From Antedon mediterranea (taxonomy: Eukaryota; Animalia; Echinodermata), in the NCBI RefSeq assembly GCF_964355755.1, contig NC_092672.1:2728001-2792000 (forward strand): a stretch of 64,000 bases of DNA. The letters run 5' to 3'. Below are positions 25,301 to 38,708 of this stretch, piece by piece. The position numbers and the translations under genes are program-made. How positions within the stretch are numbered: position 1 is the first letter of the stretch; the number at the start of each line of letters is the position of its first letter. The notes below the pieces were generated by a model. That model did no database searches. It was given only the letters and a program-made list of their open reading frames with translations, and was not told where the DNA came from.

Positions 25301-26448
25301 CACAAAACTGACTTTTAAATGTGTTAAGAGGATTAGAGTTTCTCTAAATGTATTAAATTATACTTTGTTACAGTTTTGATAAATGTCATTTTGTCATTCT
25401 AGGTTCTTTGACGGCACAGAGATTTTTGACCGTTGTAAATGACCAACATCCAGATGACCTTGAAGAAGTATCAAGACAATTATGGATAAGAATGTGGTCA
25501 AAGGTCAACTAGTTCAAACATTTATTATTTATATATAATATAATTATATTAACTTAAAATGTATACATCTCAGACTAAATTTTCCCCATATTAGTATATG
25601 TTCCCAATTTTAAAACAATCGAACCGCAATGGAATATATAATTTTATTGACTTATCTTATTATTACATAAATATTATAATATTATATATTACATATATAA
25701 ATTTTAGATAATTTTTTTTAACAGAATAAAGATATTACAGATCCCACATCCGTTCTTGAGGTATGTGAATATCTATTTTTTTTTTTTTACTTTTTTTTTG
25801 CAATCAAAATTACAAAAAGCTGGATTAATATTTTTGTTGATTGGGATGAAAATTTAAATTTAATATTATATTACATGATATTTATTGTCATATCAAATCT
25901 ACATCTTCAATTATTTTTAGGCAGCCCAGGCTGCTGGAATGTCTGAAGAGGTTGCTAATAAATGCATGTCAGAGGTCAAAGATCAATCAACAAACGAAGA
26001 GTTAAAAAGAATAACGGGCATTGCACTCGAAAGTGGTGTAAGTAGTTTGAATTTAAAGTTTATTTTATTTTTTAAATTAATTCAATTTACAGTATATATT
26101 GGCGAGTCTGTTGTATACAATTACATATTCAAATAAAAAACGTGATTTTAATTTGTAGGCATTTGGCGCACCATGGATATTAGCTCACAATGACGGAGAA
26201 GTAAAGACATTTTGGGGAACAGATAAAATACCTCTTTTAGCTCATGTAATAGGTAAAAACGCAAACAAATTATCAAATACTTGTAGTAGGCATACGTATT
26301 TTAGTATTTTAAAATCACTGTATTATTATCAGTATTGTCATCATATCTTTGTCAATGTTTTCATTAGAAATTAATACTGTGATAATATTATTTTATACTT
26401 ACAGGTGAAAAATGGGAAGGTCCATTAAAACCATCATCAAAATTATAG
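22361..26448 (+). CDS. GSTK1: Glutathione S-transferase kappa 1, 223 aa. Exons 22361-22435, 24034-24115, 25116-25238, 25403-25503, 25725-25760, 25921-26037, 26159-26252, 26405-26448
   Basis: MAAPIKKTIELFYDVISPYSWLAFE (catalytic Ser in SPY), NKPPG, GAFGAP, FWGTD and GEKWEGPLKPSSKL* (PTS1). Collinear with vertebrate GSTK1, and all junctions are in frame. Confidence 0.95.
22748..23842. mobile_element. MULE-like non-autonomous element in GSTK1 intron 1
   Basis: TIR gggtgtcacgaaagctcagacc and perfect 10-bp TSD gttacaacac. An inverted sister copy is at 45933-47009. Confidence 0.9.
24466..25091. mobile_element. Kolobok-like (TTAA-specific) non-autonomous element in GSTK1 intron 2
   Basis: ttaa|agaccccttccct ... 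agggaatggggct|ttaa. Absent from the pseudogene intron at ~41960. Confidence 0.75.
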
Positions 26449-28231
26449 TCTGCTGCCCTCTACAGGTTTCAGTTTGTCAAACTTTTTAAACAAGATCAAC
26501 ATTACTGCTGTTTTAATCAAAAATTGTATCATGGTTTTAATTGTGATTGTAAATAATATTTGTAGTTATCTATTATATTCATTGCAACCACTATTTTTAA
26601 TTCATCATTACAAGAAACCAATTTAGGATGTAATATTGTAAAAAATTGATTATAACCAAACCTTTAAAATTTATGAATACTGTATTAAAATCAACGATAT
26701 TTTATAAACAATATATAATATAAACGGTGACTTTGTTGTAAAATAATGTGTAACATTAAAGTAAAGGAATTATCACCAGTTTATTTGCATAGTGTATAGT
26801 TTTTATTGAAACAGCTAAAATATATATTAATCGAAGACTTAGACCTTTACAAAAAATGACAGAAATTAAATTTAGAGTAAGTTAGGTCCATCCCCTCAAA
26901 CACTCTCCCCTGCCAAACCATTGTATTGTCTCTATTATAACACTACATCTGTATCCTCACTTTAAAGTGATCTGAGCATCTCGCAAATAGTAAATCAAAA
27001 ACACTCCTTGTATTAGAATTATTAGGTTGGCATTTTGACTGAACTTTAAAAAATAACATTTTAATTTACTTCTGGTTTAATTGATTAGGAGGAGATGGAT
27101 AGATTTTTGAATGTTTTTATTAATTTGTTTTTTAATGGGTTTGCTACTAAAGCTCTGTCCACACTGGAGAGCAAGAAGTGTGATGAATTGTAAAGCTCTG
27201 TATTTACACTTTATGTGACATTATGATGTCATATCTCTAACATATTTGGGCATATCACACTTGTTTATATTTAGACTAAAAAAATGAAGTGATTTTGGGT
27301 GACAAAGGGTGGACCTCGCGAAACTAGTGCTACCCCTCCCACTGGACCTGCCCCTGATCACATGATTATGACATCATGGTCTCTGCAGGTTTATTTTTGA
27401 CATACTGTAGACATCACACAATACTAAGAAAAGATAACATTTAAAAAAACTTTATTATTAATTTTGTCCTCAAGAAAAAGTTATTTTACTTGAGTCATTG
27501 GAACAACGTTCATAATAATTAACATTACTATCAATATCAACAATAATTACATAAAAATATTCCAAAAACTTAACAATAATATACAAAATAATAATATTTA
27601 ATAAGTATACACAGATGGAATATAACCGTACAGAACATATTACTTTAAAATGACAATTGTTATTTATTAATAATTATACTGCAAAGTAGATTATTAATAT
27701 ATTATTAAATGATTTAATTTTTGTTTTCTTATAATAACCATTATATAATACTATAGGCATTCATACACAACTATCACATAATGTAATCACTGTATACACA
27801 TTCACATTCACTACAAATGAAATCTATCAAGATATAAGTTCTAGACCTATTTAGGCTAGGCCTAGGCCTACAGAGTTTTCAGCTAGTATACTATAGTATA
27901 GTTGCAGCTGTTTTGACTACGCGTATGATGTAGACACGCGCGCGACAAGGTAGATGAATATGGATGAATTTGATGATCGCGACCAAAATATATAACTAAA
28001 ACAAAATTTATTTCTTTAAAAACCACAATTATAATAACAAATTATTACTAAACAGTTTTTATAACATATCAATTAATTACATGCCATTTTTAGATTTACA
28101 GATACAATTCTATTTTTTAATTACAATATTGACACTTGTATACTGCGACTTTTACAAATGCGCTCTTTATATCAATTGGGATGTAGTGTACATTTACATA
28201 CTGTAGTTATTGGCGGATGATGATCGTGAAT

Positions 28232-31200
28232 TTAATAACAGAAAGGTATCTTTCTCTTCAAACACACTTCGGTCAAGTAATTAATTTTTTCACCTGATAG
28301 ATTGCAATCCCTCATGTTAAGCCACTCCAGCTTAGGACACATAATGAGTAATGAAGACATTGAATTAACATCAAGGTTGTGAAGGTTATTACCAGAGATA
28401 AAGAGATAACGTAGTGCTAATTGAACTTGTTTGAGAGAACATTCTGTACCCAAGTGATTGATGACGTCACCTGATAGATTGCAATCCCTCATGTCAAGCA
28501 CCCTCAGCTTAGGACACATAATGAGACACAGTGAATTAACATCAATGTTGTGAAGGTTATTACCAGAGATATCGAGATAACGTAATGCTAATTGAACTTG
28601 TTTGAGAGAACATTCTGTAACGAAGTGTTTGAATGCATCAGCGTCTTTTAATAGATTCTCAATAATCATGTATTCGTCATATTCAGCTATGGCTAAAATG
28701 TGTGCAATTACTTTTCCCTTGCACTCCCCTGCTATCCTACTACTACTAAAATGCGCGATTTCTTCATCAAAATCCTTCATGCAATAAAGTTGCATAATCA
28801 GACGGTTGAAATGTCCATCACACTGTTCACCTGGACTTATGTGTTTAATAAAAAATCCTATGGAGGTAGCTATATCGGCCGAAGGATTCTTTATTTCTAA
28901 ATCTTGAATGTGATAATTCAAAGCATTTACCACAGCATCTTTATGGTTTTTTTTAACAAACTTTAAATTACTCGGCAGAGAGCGATATGTTGACAAACTA
29001 TTTGTAACCCAGTGCTTTAAAAAAGCATTAGCGTTAGCACCAAGGAAACCAATTGCAAACTCTCTTGCTTTGTTTAAATACTCACTTTCTCTTATCACCT
29101 GCCATTCAGTATCATCCAATGGTGTAAGTATTCGTCTTACATCTTCTGTGAATTCATTCTCGATACCATCACTTTCACATAATTTGCTCAAGTACAGTCC
29201 TACTAATGACTCAACTATCAACTTGTGAGGAGGCATGAAAACACTTTCAAAGTTAGATTTTAAAATCGGTGCTTCTTCATAAACAAATCCAAGTTTTACG
29301 GCCATGTCAATCATATCTCTTGTAGAATGTGTATCATTCAAATCTTTCATGTTTATTGAAAGTTGATTCTCTTTTAATTTTTTATACATACATTTTCCTA
29401 ACAAAATCATAGCATGTATATATTTTGCTGGAGTGTGTTCAAATTTAGAAATTTTGGCAAATTGTTTTTGTTTGTTAAACTGATTTAAAATACTACGGAA
29501 TAGTTGTTTAAAAAGATCAGAACTGTCACTAGGAAGACTTTCATTATCCTCCCATAGAATACAAATTGAAAGAAGTAACATCGGGTTTTTGCACATCAAA
29601 TAGGCTTCTTCATGTTTTCTCCCAGCCAAATAACTGTGAATATCCAACTCTTCTTTAAGCGACTCTCCCAATTCTGGTTTTCCAAAATACTTAAAATGAT
29701 TGACAATATACTTACCTATACTATCTTTGTTAAACCCCTTAACCCTTACATGTACGTTGCACGATTTTATGAAATAATTGATGTTTTCTGATCGGGACGT
29801 AAGCACTACAGTACTTTTTTTAAAGCTATTCCCGCTGAAAATTCTGGTTATGGTTTGATTATTAAATCTTAATTCATCTAATCCATCTAGTAGCAAAACA
29901 ATTTTGCCTTCATGTATCTTTATAAATTTCTTAATTAACCGTGGATCATTTGGGAGATCTGTTTCTAAATTAAAATCTTCCATATCCAGTTGCTTTACAA
30001 TTAGGTCAAATATGTTATCACCTTCTTCTAAATCTCGTATACTTAAAAAAAATACAATTTTACCTTCAAATGCTTTAATTGATTGACATGGAGTGGCCCA
30101 GTTGAATGATAAATGTCTTAATATGGTAGTTTTACCAATACCTCCCTCGCCCTCTATAAGAGCTTTACATCCAGGTTTAGAACTGATAACATCAATCACT
30201 TCTTCTAATGTTGTTGGTTTGCTGGTTTCTTTATTGTTTTCACTTTCCGTTAGTAATTCCATATCGGTAAACATATGTGAAATGTCAACTTTGTATATAT
30301 CATTCATTGTTGCAGGTGTAAATGTACTGGCCTGTTTGCACTTTTCCGTTTGTATTTTAATCAGATATGTTTGTATCTTTTCTAAAAACAAAGAAAGTTA
30401 TTCAATAGAATATTATACTTAATCATATTCTATTAAGCATTTTATATATTATTATTATTATTCTTGATATAAATTCATCTTAATTACCGTATTTATTTAT
30501 ATTTTGTTTATTTTAGTAGGCCTAAGTTGGTAACAATCATAGTGGTTAGGTTGTTCTTTTTACAGGCCTAGATAATGTCCATCCTGAAATATTTTATAAA
30601 AAATTGCTATAATATTAATTTATTATAGCAATTTTAAACTATTTACTTAATAGCAGACTCTGTGGTATAGATATTTGTATCGTGCTTTTTGTAAATTATT
30701 AAGGTTTTAGAGGGCGACAAACACATTTTCTTTACTATCAGAAACAGAAAACTGTAATTCATAAAGAGGGCAGCAAACCGAAAAATAAATTTATCACAAA
30801 TCAATACTGAAGATGTACGTTCAGGCCGGTAGACCACGATATTTCAGATTTAAATCAAACTAACTCGGTCAAAAAACGATATATGTATGTAAGTTTCATA
30901 TTTAGTTGTTAATTTCTTAATTTTCGTTGCAATAAAAGAGTCAACCTTTTTCTGCGTTTCTTGTCCTTTGTTACTAGTAGTCGACACATCCACTGTTTAA
31001 TAAATAAATAAATAACTGTCTTAATAATTATTATCAAACCGACCTTATTACTTTACAATTATTCTACCGCATAATAAACTTCTTTATAGGAGAAAACTTT
31101 TAGAGTTTACAGTTATTAACTAACCTGTTTCTGCTTTTTGCGTTCCTTGTTCTTTGTTACTAGTGTTCGGCACATTTACTGTTTAATGATAAATTAATAG

Positions 31201-34200
31201 ATAAATAGTTTAGTTAATTAAAAATAATTATAAATTTCATAATATATAAATACAATTCTAATCTAAAGAAATACAGTTTTCATTGCAGAAATATTCCAAT
31301 TTAAGTAGTCAATATATATTGCAATTAAGGTCTTTTTTTACCAAAAAAAAAATCCTTTTTAGTAACCACTTGTATATAGAGGGCGACAAACACAAGTTGA
31401 AATCAATCAGAAGAAGAAAACTTCAATCTCTGTACTGACATGATCGGAAATGACGTCAAACTGGTTTTTTTATAAACCAAAAGAGACAATAGGCCTAACC
31501 AAAGTAAAACAAGACTAAATATTCAACAAAATCCGAGATTAGATACATTTTACAGAGAGCATAAATTCAGAAACCTTCCACCCATTGAATTGTAATATTA
31601 TTTGTTAATCAGTGTAACTCACCAGTTTCTGATTTAACTTCTTTTTGTGTTTCTTCGTTAGACCTACCACTGGTCGGTGGCACTTCCTCTGTTAATAAAA
31701 ATAACAGGAGAAATCTGAATTTACAATAATTTTAGGGATTCATTTAAGCATAAATAATATCTAATTAAGATATAAAAAAACCTAAACCATTCGAATTAAA
31801 TTCAAATAATGGCCAAACGAGTTTTGTTACATATCAAACAAATCAATGGTGATGTGATTGATTGTTGTTTTCCTCGTAAATATTTGTAGTATGCCCTGCT
31901 CAACCTACCAGTTGATTTTAGAGTCAAAGTTTTCTAGATTTATAATAATCCTTCTTTTCACAAATTTGTTGAATTAGATTAGGAATGATGAATGGAATGT
32001 ATTTGTGGTTGATTTGGCTTCAGTAATATCATTTCTATATTATATTTTTTCAATAATTGAAAACATGCCTCTGGATATCAATTAATCAATCAATTTATTT
32101 GGAAAAATTGCACCTTTACATCGGTGGCACACACAGTAAGTGGTGCATCCATATTAAACACAATTAACATAAAATGACGGATACTTAAGCTAATTTACAA
32201 AGTTAAAAAATTAAAAAAAAAAAATTAAAAATTAGTACTATATACTGTGGCAATATTTGTCTGACATGAGTTAATACATCATTTTAGTTAAATATAGAGA
32301 TATTGGTTCCATGTGTGTTAAGGAACCTCCATCTTTTATCGGTTTTCTCAATCGTCATATTCATTTATTTACAATAAGGTAAGTATAAAAAATGATGATA
32401 ACGTTGTATCTTAATGAGTAGTTATTAAGCTATCGTCTAATAAAGGTTTTAATAACACTACCAAATATTGACTGGGAAACAATCACAATTATACAATATG
32501 TCGTGTGTTACTTGTTTGGTTCACACTAAGGTAATGCAATAATGTAGACCCAACGCAAGCGAATAGACCAATGATAAGCGACAGTTCGAATAATGCATCG
32601 CTTGTGATTGGTCAATTCACGACGTTGCTTAATATTTAATGTATATCTCTAGGACTCGTAACAGTACGGTAACTAATCTGTTTCTGATTTAACTTCTTTT
32701 CGTGTTCCTTCATTACTACTGGTCATCGGCACTTCCACTTTATAAATATATAATTAACAGAAAACAATCTAAATTAATATTAGGAGCGCAATTCAGCATA
32801 GAATTAATTTATATATAAATACTATTTCCATTATAATTATACACATTACTAACAAAATGAAATCATTTTGTTAGTGTACGTCTATACATATTGGTAACAA
32901 AATTAACAATTTTCTGACTTCATATCTGTTCTCATTCTCTTGTTACTACTATGCACTTTCTCTTATAAATAAAAACAAATCTAATGACTTTTACCTAGTG
33001 AATGAAATGATTATTTCTAGATATTGTTTATTTTCAAAATAATACGTTTGTGAATGTTATTCAAATTGAATTGTATTATGTTATGGTTAATGTATATACT
33101 GTAAATACAATACCTGATTCTGACTCAGATCCGTTCGTCTGCCTCTTCTTCCTTCCTGTCATTTTGGATCCGCCGCTGTTATCCTCTGCTTGTATTCCTT
33201 GTTCGTTGTTAGGCCTACAGCTGGTGGTTGGCAATTCTTCTGTTTAAAATAACAAACTGAATTTACAATATTATCTATCTTGTGAACAACCAATGATTAG
33301 AGTATCAATCCAGCTAATATACAACATTACGTATTAATTAGGTTTTTATAGAGGGTGACAAATAAAATATGCTCAACAGAAGGCAGTAAAATAAAAAAAA
33401 AATAAAAAATCTGTAATAGATGTTTAGTCAGCGATCTTTCAGATTAAATACAAAACCGTATATCAAATTTATTCGACTAAACGCCTCCCTTTGAATACAC
33501 GCCTCTCTCAAATAAACGCCCTATTAAAACATCGTTTTGTATGTAGGCTTACAAAGTAGAATTTATTGACTTTCATGATCTCTACAATTTAGCAAACATA
33601 TTAATTATATTGATGCAATTGTTAATTTTGTTACAATAACGGATTTTGTTTGATAATTAGTTCCTGTTACATACCTTGTGTCAGGCATTTCATCGTTGAT
33701 GCCAGTCCAATTTTGTTAAGAATGTTAATAAACTCTTCTTTTTTTTCTTCACAAAGTATTTGTCTTTGTTCCAAGTCTATAATCATACTCCAAGAGTCTT
33801 CATAATTCTTTAAAGGATTGTTGAAGAGTGCATCAATTTTCTTAACAGCAGCCTTTCTTAGTTCGTTTCCAAAATCTGCAATCCAGTGTCGATATGGGGT
33901 GAAATTTATAATTTGTATTTCTTGAACTTCAAAGATAGATTGTTGGAAAACTTTGATAGCTCCAAACGTTTGTGTTACTTTTATCGTTTCATAAAGTAAC
34001 TCCAGATTGCCTGGGCTTAAACGTCCTGTTTTCCTCAATGCATTCAGTAGATCTATCGTTGTGTTGGCTTTGTCTATGTCTGCTACTGAAATTAAATCGT
34101 GGTATAAAACCTTCAGCTGTCTGACCAGGTTGTTTTTATCATACCATTCTGAAAAGTTCACCAAGTCCACATTAAAATCTATTTCTAAAAAAATAAAAAG

Positions 34201-34289
34201 TGGGAAAAAGAAAAGATTAGAAAAAACATTTTAAAATTGTTTTCGATGCAATACAAAAACACCATTTTTTGTTTATTACCTGTTGCCAT
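28232..34289 (-). CDS. NLR copy 2: tandem-DED + reduced micro-exon linker + NACHT + LRR, about 971-989 aa. Exons 34280-34289, 33675-34184, 33114-33239, possibly 32908-32961, 31623-31688, 31125-31178, 28232-30381
   Basis: Same NACHT motifs as copy 1, an uninterrupted 719-aa ORF, an intact DED exon and phase-1 junctions. Confidence 0.87.
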
Positions 34290-34849
34290 TTTGTCAATTC
34301 AGTTTTCTATCTTTATTTCTGAAAAACAGAATTGCTGTATTTAAGATAAATGCTGTGCATCCGTTTTTCAAATTGAAGACCTTCTTTAAACAAGAAATAT
34401 TTCTTACAAAAAAACGCTGCTCGCTTATTGACTTATTCACTTTGGTTCATTTTATTGCTAAGGTCAAGTCGGGGGTCACTTCATCACGCCTAGATACATG
34501 GACTGTTTTAATAATAATTCATTGATTTATCTGACACCAAATTACAGTATTATATAATATCATGGGACTCATAAATACCAGAAATGCTTTGGGATTTGTC
34601 ATTCAACCGTTAGACTCTTTTCCCAGACGTTTTTGGGTCTAGCAGGTGGGACCTATAAATTATGGTGGAGTTTACATTTTCGCAAAAATGTCAGTCCCTC
34701 AGTACTAAAACTGCTGCTGCTTTATATCGGATTACGTCATCTCTTGTGACGTAGCGGGCTAAAGCAGCAGCGTGAAAAATGTTTAAAATTAAACAATAGG
34801 CCTAATGTAAATAAATAATTTTGTTTGACAGATCCAGTAAAGAATTTAC

Positions 34850-34960
34850 TCACATTCTTTAGCTTTCGCCATCTTGGCTGATGGCTTGATCACAAGTGAT
34901 CCGGTCCACTGCTACTTCCTGGAAATCTGATGTTATTGTTTCTATATGACGTCATACTTT
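34850..34960 (-). promoter_or_regulatory. Putative first exon and promoter of NLR2 with YY1-like, STAT GAS and CRE motifs
   Basis: Donor gtgagt at ~34850, caagatggcg on the minus strand at ~34867-34876, TTCCTGGAA at 34916-34924 and TGACGTCA at 34947-34954. Confidence 0.5.
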
Positions 34961-36619
34961 TTCGTAGCAATGATGTGTATACGTGATATGATATATTGCT
35001 GAACGTTTCCTCTTGTTTATTTCTTGAGATCCCCTTAATAGGAGTGTCCCCTGAATATAGGTGCCTAAAGGAGGTGAATACTTAATTTTAACTACTGTAA
35101 ATACAGAACGTCTATTAAGAGGACACCCACTTCATTAGATCTAGTTAATAATAATAATTCAAACCTAAAACTATTTCAAAAGATGACAGAGGAGAAAAGA
35201 CCACGGTCACCTGGATTACCACGTGACACGATGTTGGAATCGTAAAAGGACAGTTTATCACAATTAAAATGTTTGTTCTGTTCTCGTGTTGTTTGTGGCG
35301 AAATTAGCAAAACAATTAATATATCTTTCTTTCTTTCTTTCTTCTATCTTTCTTTCTGAAAAAATGATGTAAATTCAACATAGCTGATAAAATATGGCGA
35401 TTAGCACATTTTACATTGGTGGTATGGACAAAGGTTATTCATGTGCATGGCCTGATGTCTCAATAAAGTTATACGTAACGTAACGTACGATGAGAGTAAA
35501 TAAAGAATTACAAAATACGCCATGAGAACGGAGGCCAGACACAACATTGAATTGGTGGCTCGTATATGAGTGGCAATAAGCATTATAGTGATCAATTTTA
35601 GCTTTTTTCCCCCAACAATGGACATTTTAAGATGAGTAAATTACAATTGCATATTTGGTCTATATATATTTCCATCCAAGGAAAACGAAACTCTTCGCAC
35701 ACAAGAAAACAAATGTAGCACGAGTAAGTATTGCACTCACTACAGCGCACCATGTTTGATGAGTTGATTTGTTACAATACACATGAGCTATCAATATGTG
35801 TTGTACTATATAGTGTACTAAAGCATAGACTGAGAGATAGGGACATATACAACACTGTAGCTGTACTATGCTTGCACAGCCACTAAAATGCTGAGCTCAG
35901 TCTGAAATGGTAATTATTATAGGGAGTCTAAAAATTACAATTATATTTAGAAGAAATTAAGTTGACAGAGGTCCCAACTTAGAAAAATGAAAGTCAGAGG
36001 CGTGGCCAAACCAACAATAGACGATCCTTGAATCAGGGCCTTGCTTTAATTCAGAATCACCAAAATATGATCTTTGTTATCACCCGTCGGCGGATCCATG
36101 GTTTAATTAAAAAACAGACTATTTTACAATAAATTAAATTGCGAACTTACATTTTTAGCTTTAAAAGTGAATTTGACTGGAAGATCTCATAACTTGTAAT
36201 AACAGGAATACATAACGATAGGCCAACAGTCAATATTTGTGACGATTTCATACCAGTTACTGTACCACTCCTTTTAACGGGTCAACTTTAATATGTGTAT
36301 TCATATCACATATTGACGTTGGCCATGACGTCACAAAAGCTTTTCACGGTTTATGCATTTCTTTCCTTATAATGCACAATACACGATTACGAAAGTCTGT
36401 AGATATTTTATTAAAAAATCCACACAAGTTATTTATAGAAAAGACACAGAATCATTTGAAATAATTTATATATTTAAAATAAAGTTGTATATACCCACAT
36501 AATAATAAACACATTTGATTAAACCCTTGTTTAAGACTTAAATGCACTTTTTTCAACTTTAAATTTACCTAAATTTGAGATAGCATTTAACATACGAACG
36601 TTTCAGTACTGTAATCGAA

Positions 36620-36837
36620 AGAGCGACAAACTGAATAGCCACAACTAAAATACAATAACGTCTACACCCCGACGACGACGACGAGGATAAAAAGAGCGCG
36701 ACACACTGAATAGCCACAACTAAAATACAATAACGTCTACACCCCGACAACGACGACGAGGATAAAAATAGCGCGAAACACAATAGCCACAACTAAAATA
36801 CAATAACGTCTACACCCCGACGACGACGACGAGGATA
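36620..36837 (+). repeat. Three ~72-75 bp tandem units containing (gac)n
   Basis: aatagccacaactaaaatacaataacgtctacaccccgac occurs three times. The duplicate has a single unit at ~40385-40430. Confidence 0.85.
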
Positions 36838-37373
36838 CAAATTAATAGGCTACTACAATAGTAGTTTCTCCTTGGTATATATTGTGTCAGTCAGTACGCA
36901 CCTAGGAGACTGATGATCAAATCTGTCATCAAAATGACAGGTACAGTGTATTAAACAATTTGTAGCCAACTCCCAGAGTGATCATTTTTACAACATTTTG
37001 AAGTATAGTAAAGTGTAAGGTGTGATAAATTCACAGATAGGTTATTCGATCGCCAGGATTGTTTTAGATGGTCACGTGTGCACATAATGTTAAGTTGTCT
37101 ATTGCAGCGTCAATCGTACCTGCATCCTTACATTGGATATCAGCATGAGTGGTAAGCCAATAGTCACTATTATGGTGTGAAGTTATCGAGCTGTGCATTC
37201 CTATTGGCCCGGTACCGTGAGTTTAAACGCCATATTTTGTGTCGAAACAATCGACCATCTAAGAGCATTATTGCACTGTTGAATTTAATGTTATACGTTG
37301 TGAATATAACATCAACGGTTGGGGATATCAAAGCTTTGTTATACGTTACGAATGACAATACTCTATGTATATA

Positions 37374-38708
37374 CATGGATTAAAGAATAGAAGGATATGC
37401 ATCAACGTGAGATCAAGGGTTCCTTGACTCTCGCCGACAGACCGCGGACCGCCCACAATGTTATCAGTTTAATTAACCGCATGGTAACAACGAAACGGTC
37501 GCGTGCCTATTATATTGTTTACTGCACATGTGCAACGACATTTAACCTTGTTGGCTACGCTTCTTTCGCACGTTCTTTGGTGGCATGATGTTTTAGCGCT
37601 AGCAACAATGGCGACGAACAATTTATACGACGACGAATTTAGTTATAACCTTTCTGATGAGGAATTGTAGATGCTATAATTGTAATTAGTATAGGTTTCT
37701 GCCGCGATTGATCTACGCTAATGTTTTTATGACCTGTAGTAGCCCTACATCTGAGACAATAGGCCTAACTATTTGTTGTCTCATCCTCCTACATGTAAAA
37801 TTACAAAATCAGCAAGGATACTAGGCCTAGGCTTTCTAGGCTTACTAGTAAACCATATGATTTGCCGACATTGATACTGCCTAGGTAGACAACGTGTAAT
37901 CATGATCTATATACTCACCGTTGTCTTACTTCTTGTGTGAATAATAATACGTACTTCGTTTGTTCGTGATTAAGTTTGCCCTGCGTGTACTTTTCAAAAG
38001 GACCGCTAGGTAACGAATCGCAACTATACATAGCCAGCCAATCCCGGATCAGGGATCGCTGTTTTCATTCAATTAGACCCGGTGATTGGATGTGATGTGG
38101 ATGACATAACCACTAGCCAATCACCAGGCACTACAATTTAAATATAATCACATCGATAATTAAGGAGATTTATGAAGAAACCACTGCTTAGCCATTTATT
38201 AAAACCACGATTGTTGCATGGGTGAACACCGGCCACGCTAACAACATACATGGTCAAATGCATAATTTAATATTCTATAGATTAACGCAATTTTTAATGA
38301 CAGAAGATGGCAGGCAAATAATGATAATTTAAATATAAAAATTGCATATTTTATTAATATTACCAACTACTTAAAATTACCAGTCGTAAGAAAGTGAACT
38401 TTTCGTAGTCCGATTGTGATGAAACTAAAACAGAATTATTCAGCAATATATTTTTGTTGTCAATTAATCATCGACGCAGACATGTCAATAGAACATTCAG
38501 ACTGCGCATACGATTTCTACATGGTTACGTTTTGGTCTAAAAAAATGTAACAGTTGATTCGCAGCGTTTTACAGAGGGCCGCGGTTAGAGACACGGGGTT
38601 CAATGAACGTGTTTGTTTGATTGGCAGCAGTGCTTTAGTATAGGCAAGCGCGTTGTAAAATCGTTTGATGTCACCGTCGATGCATATCCTTCTATTCTTT
38701 AATCCATG
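37374..38708. mobile_element. P-element-like non-autonomous DNA transposon (1335 bp)
   Basis: TIR catggattaaagaatagaaggatatgcatc, perfect 7-bp TSD gtatata, and an empty site in the duplicate at ~40952. The superfamily is inferred from CATG termini and TSD length. Confidence 0.8.

Noticed and set aside
17510-26448. Apparent synteny with the human NUDT8-GSTP1 neighbourhood
   Set aside because: Kappa and pi GSTs belong to separate families, so the resemblance is coincidental.
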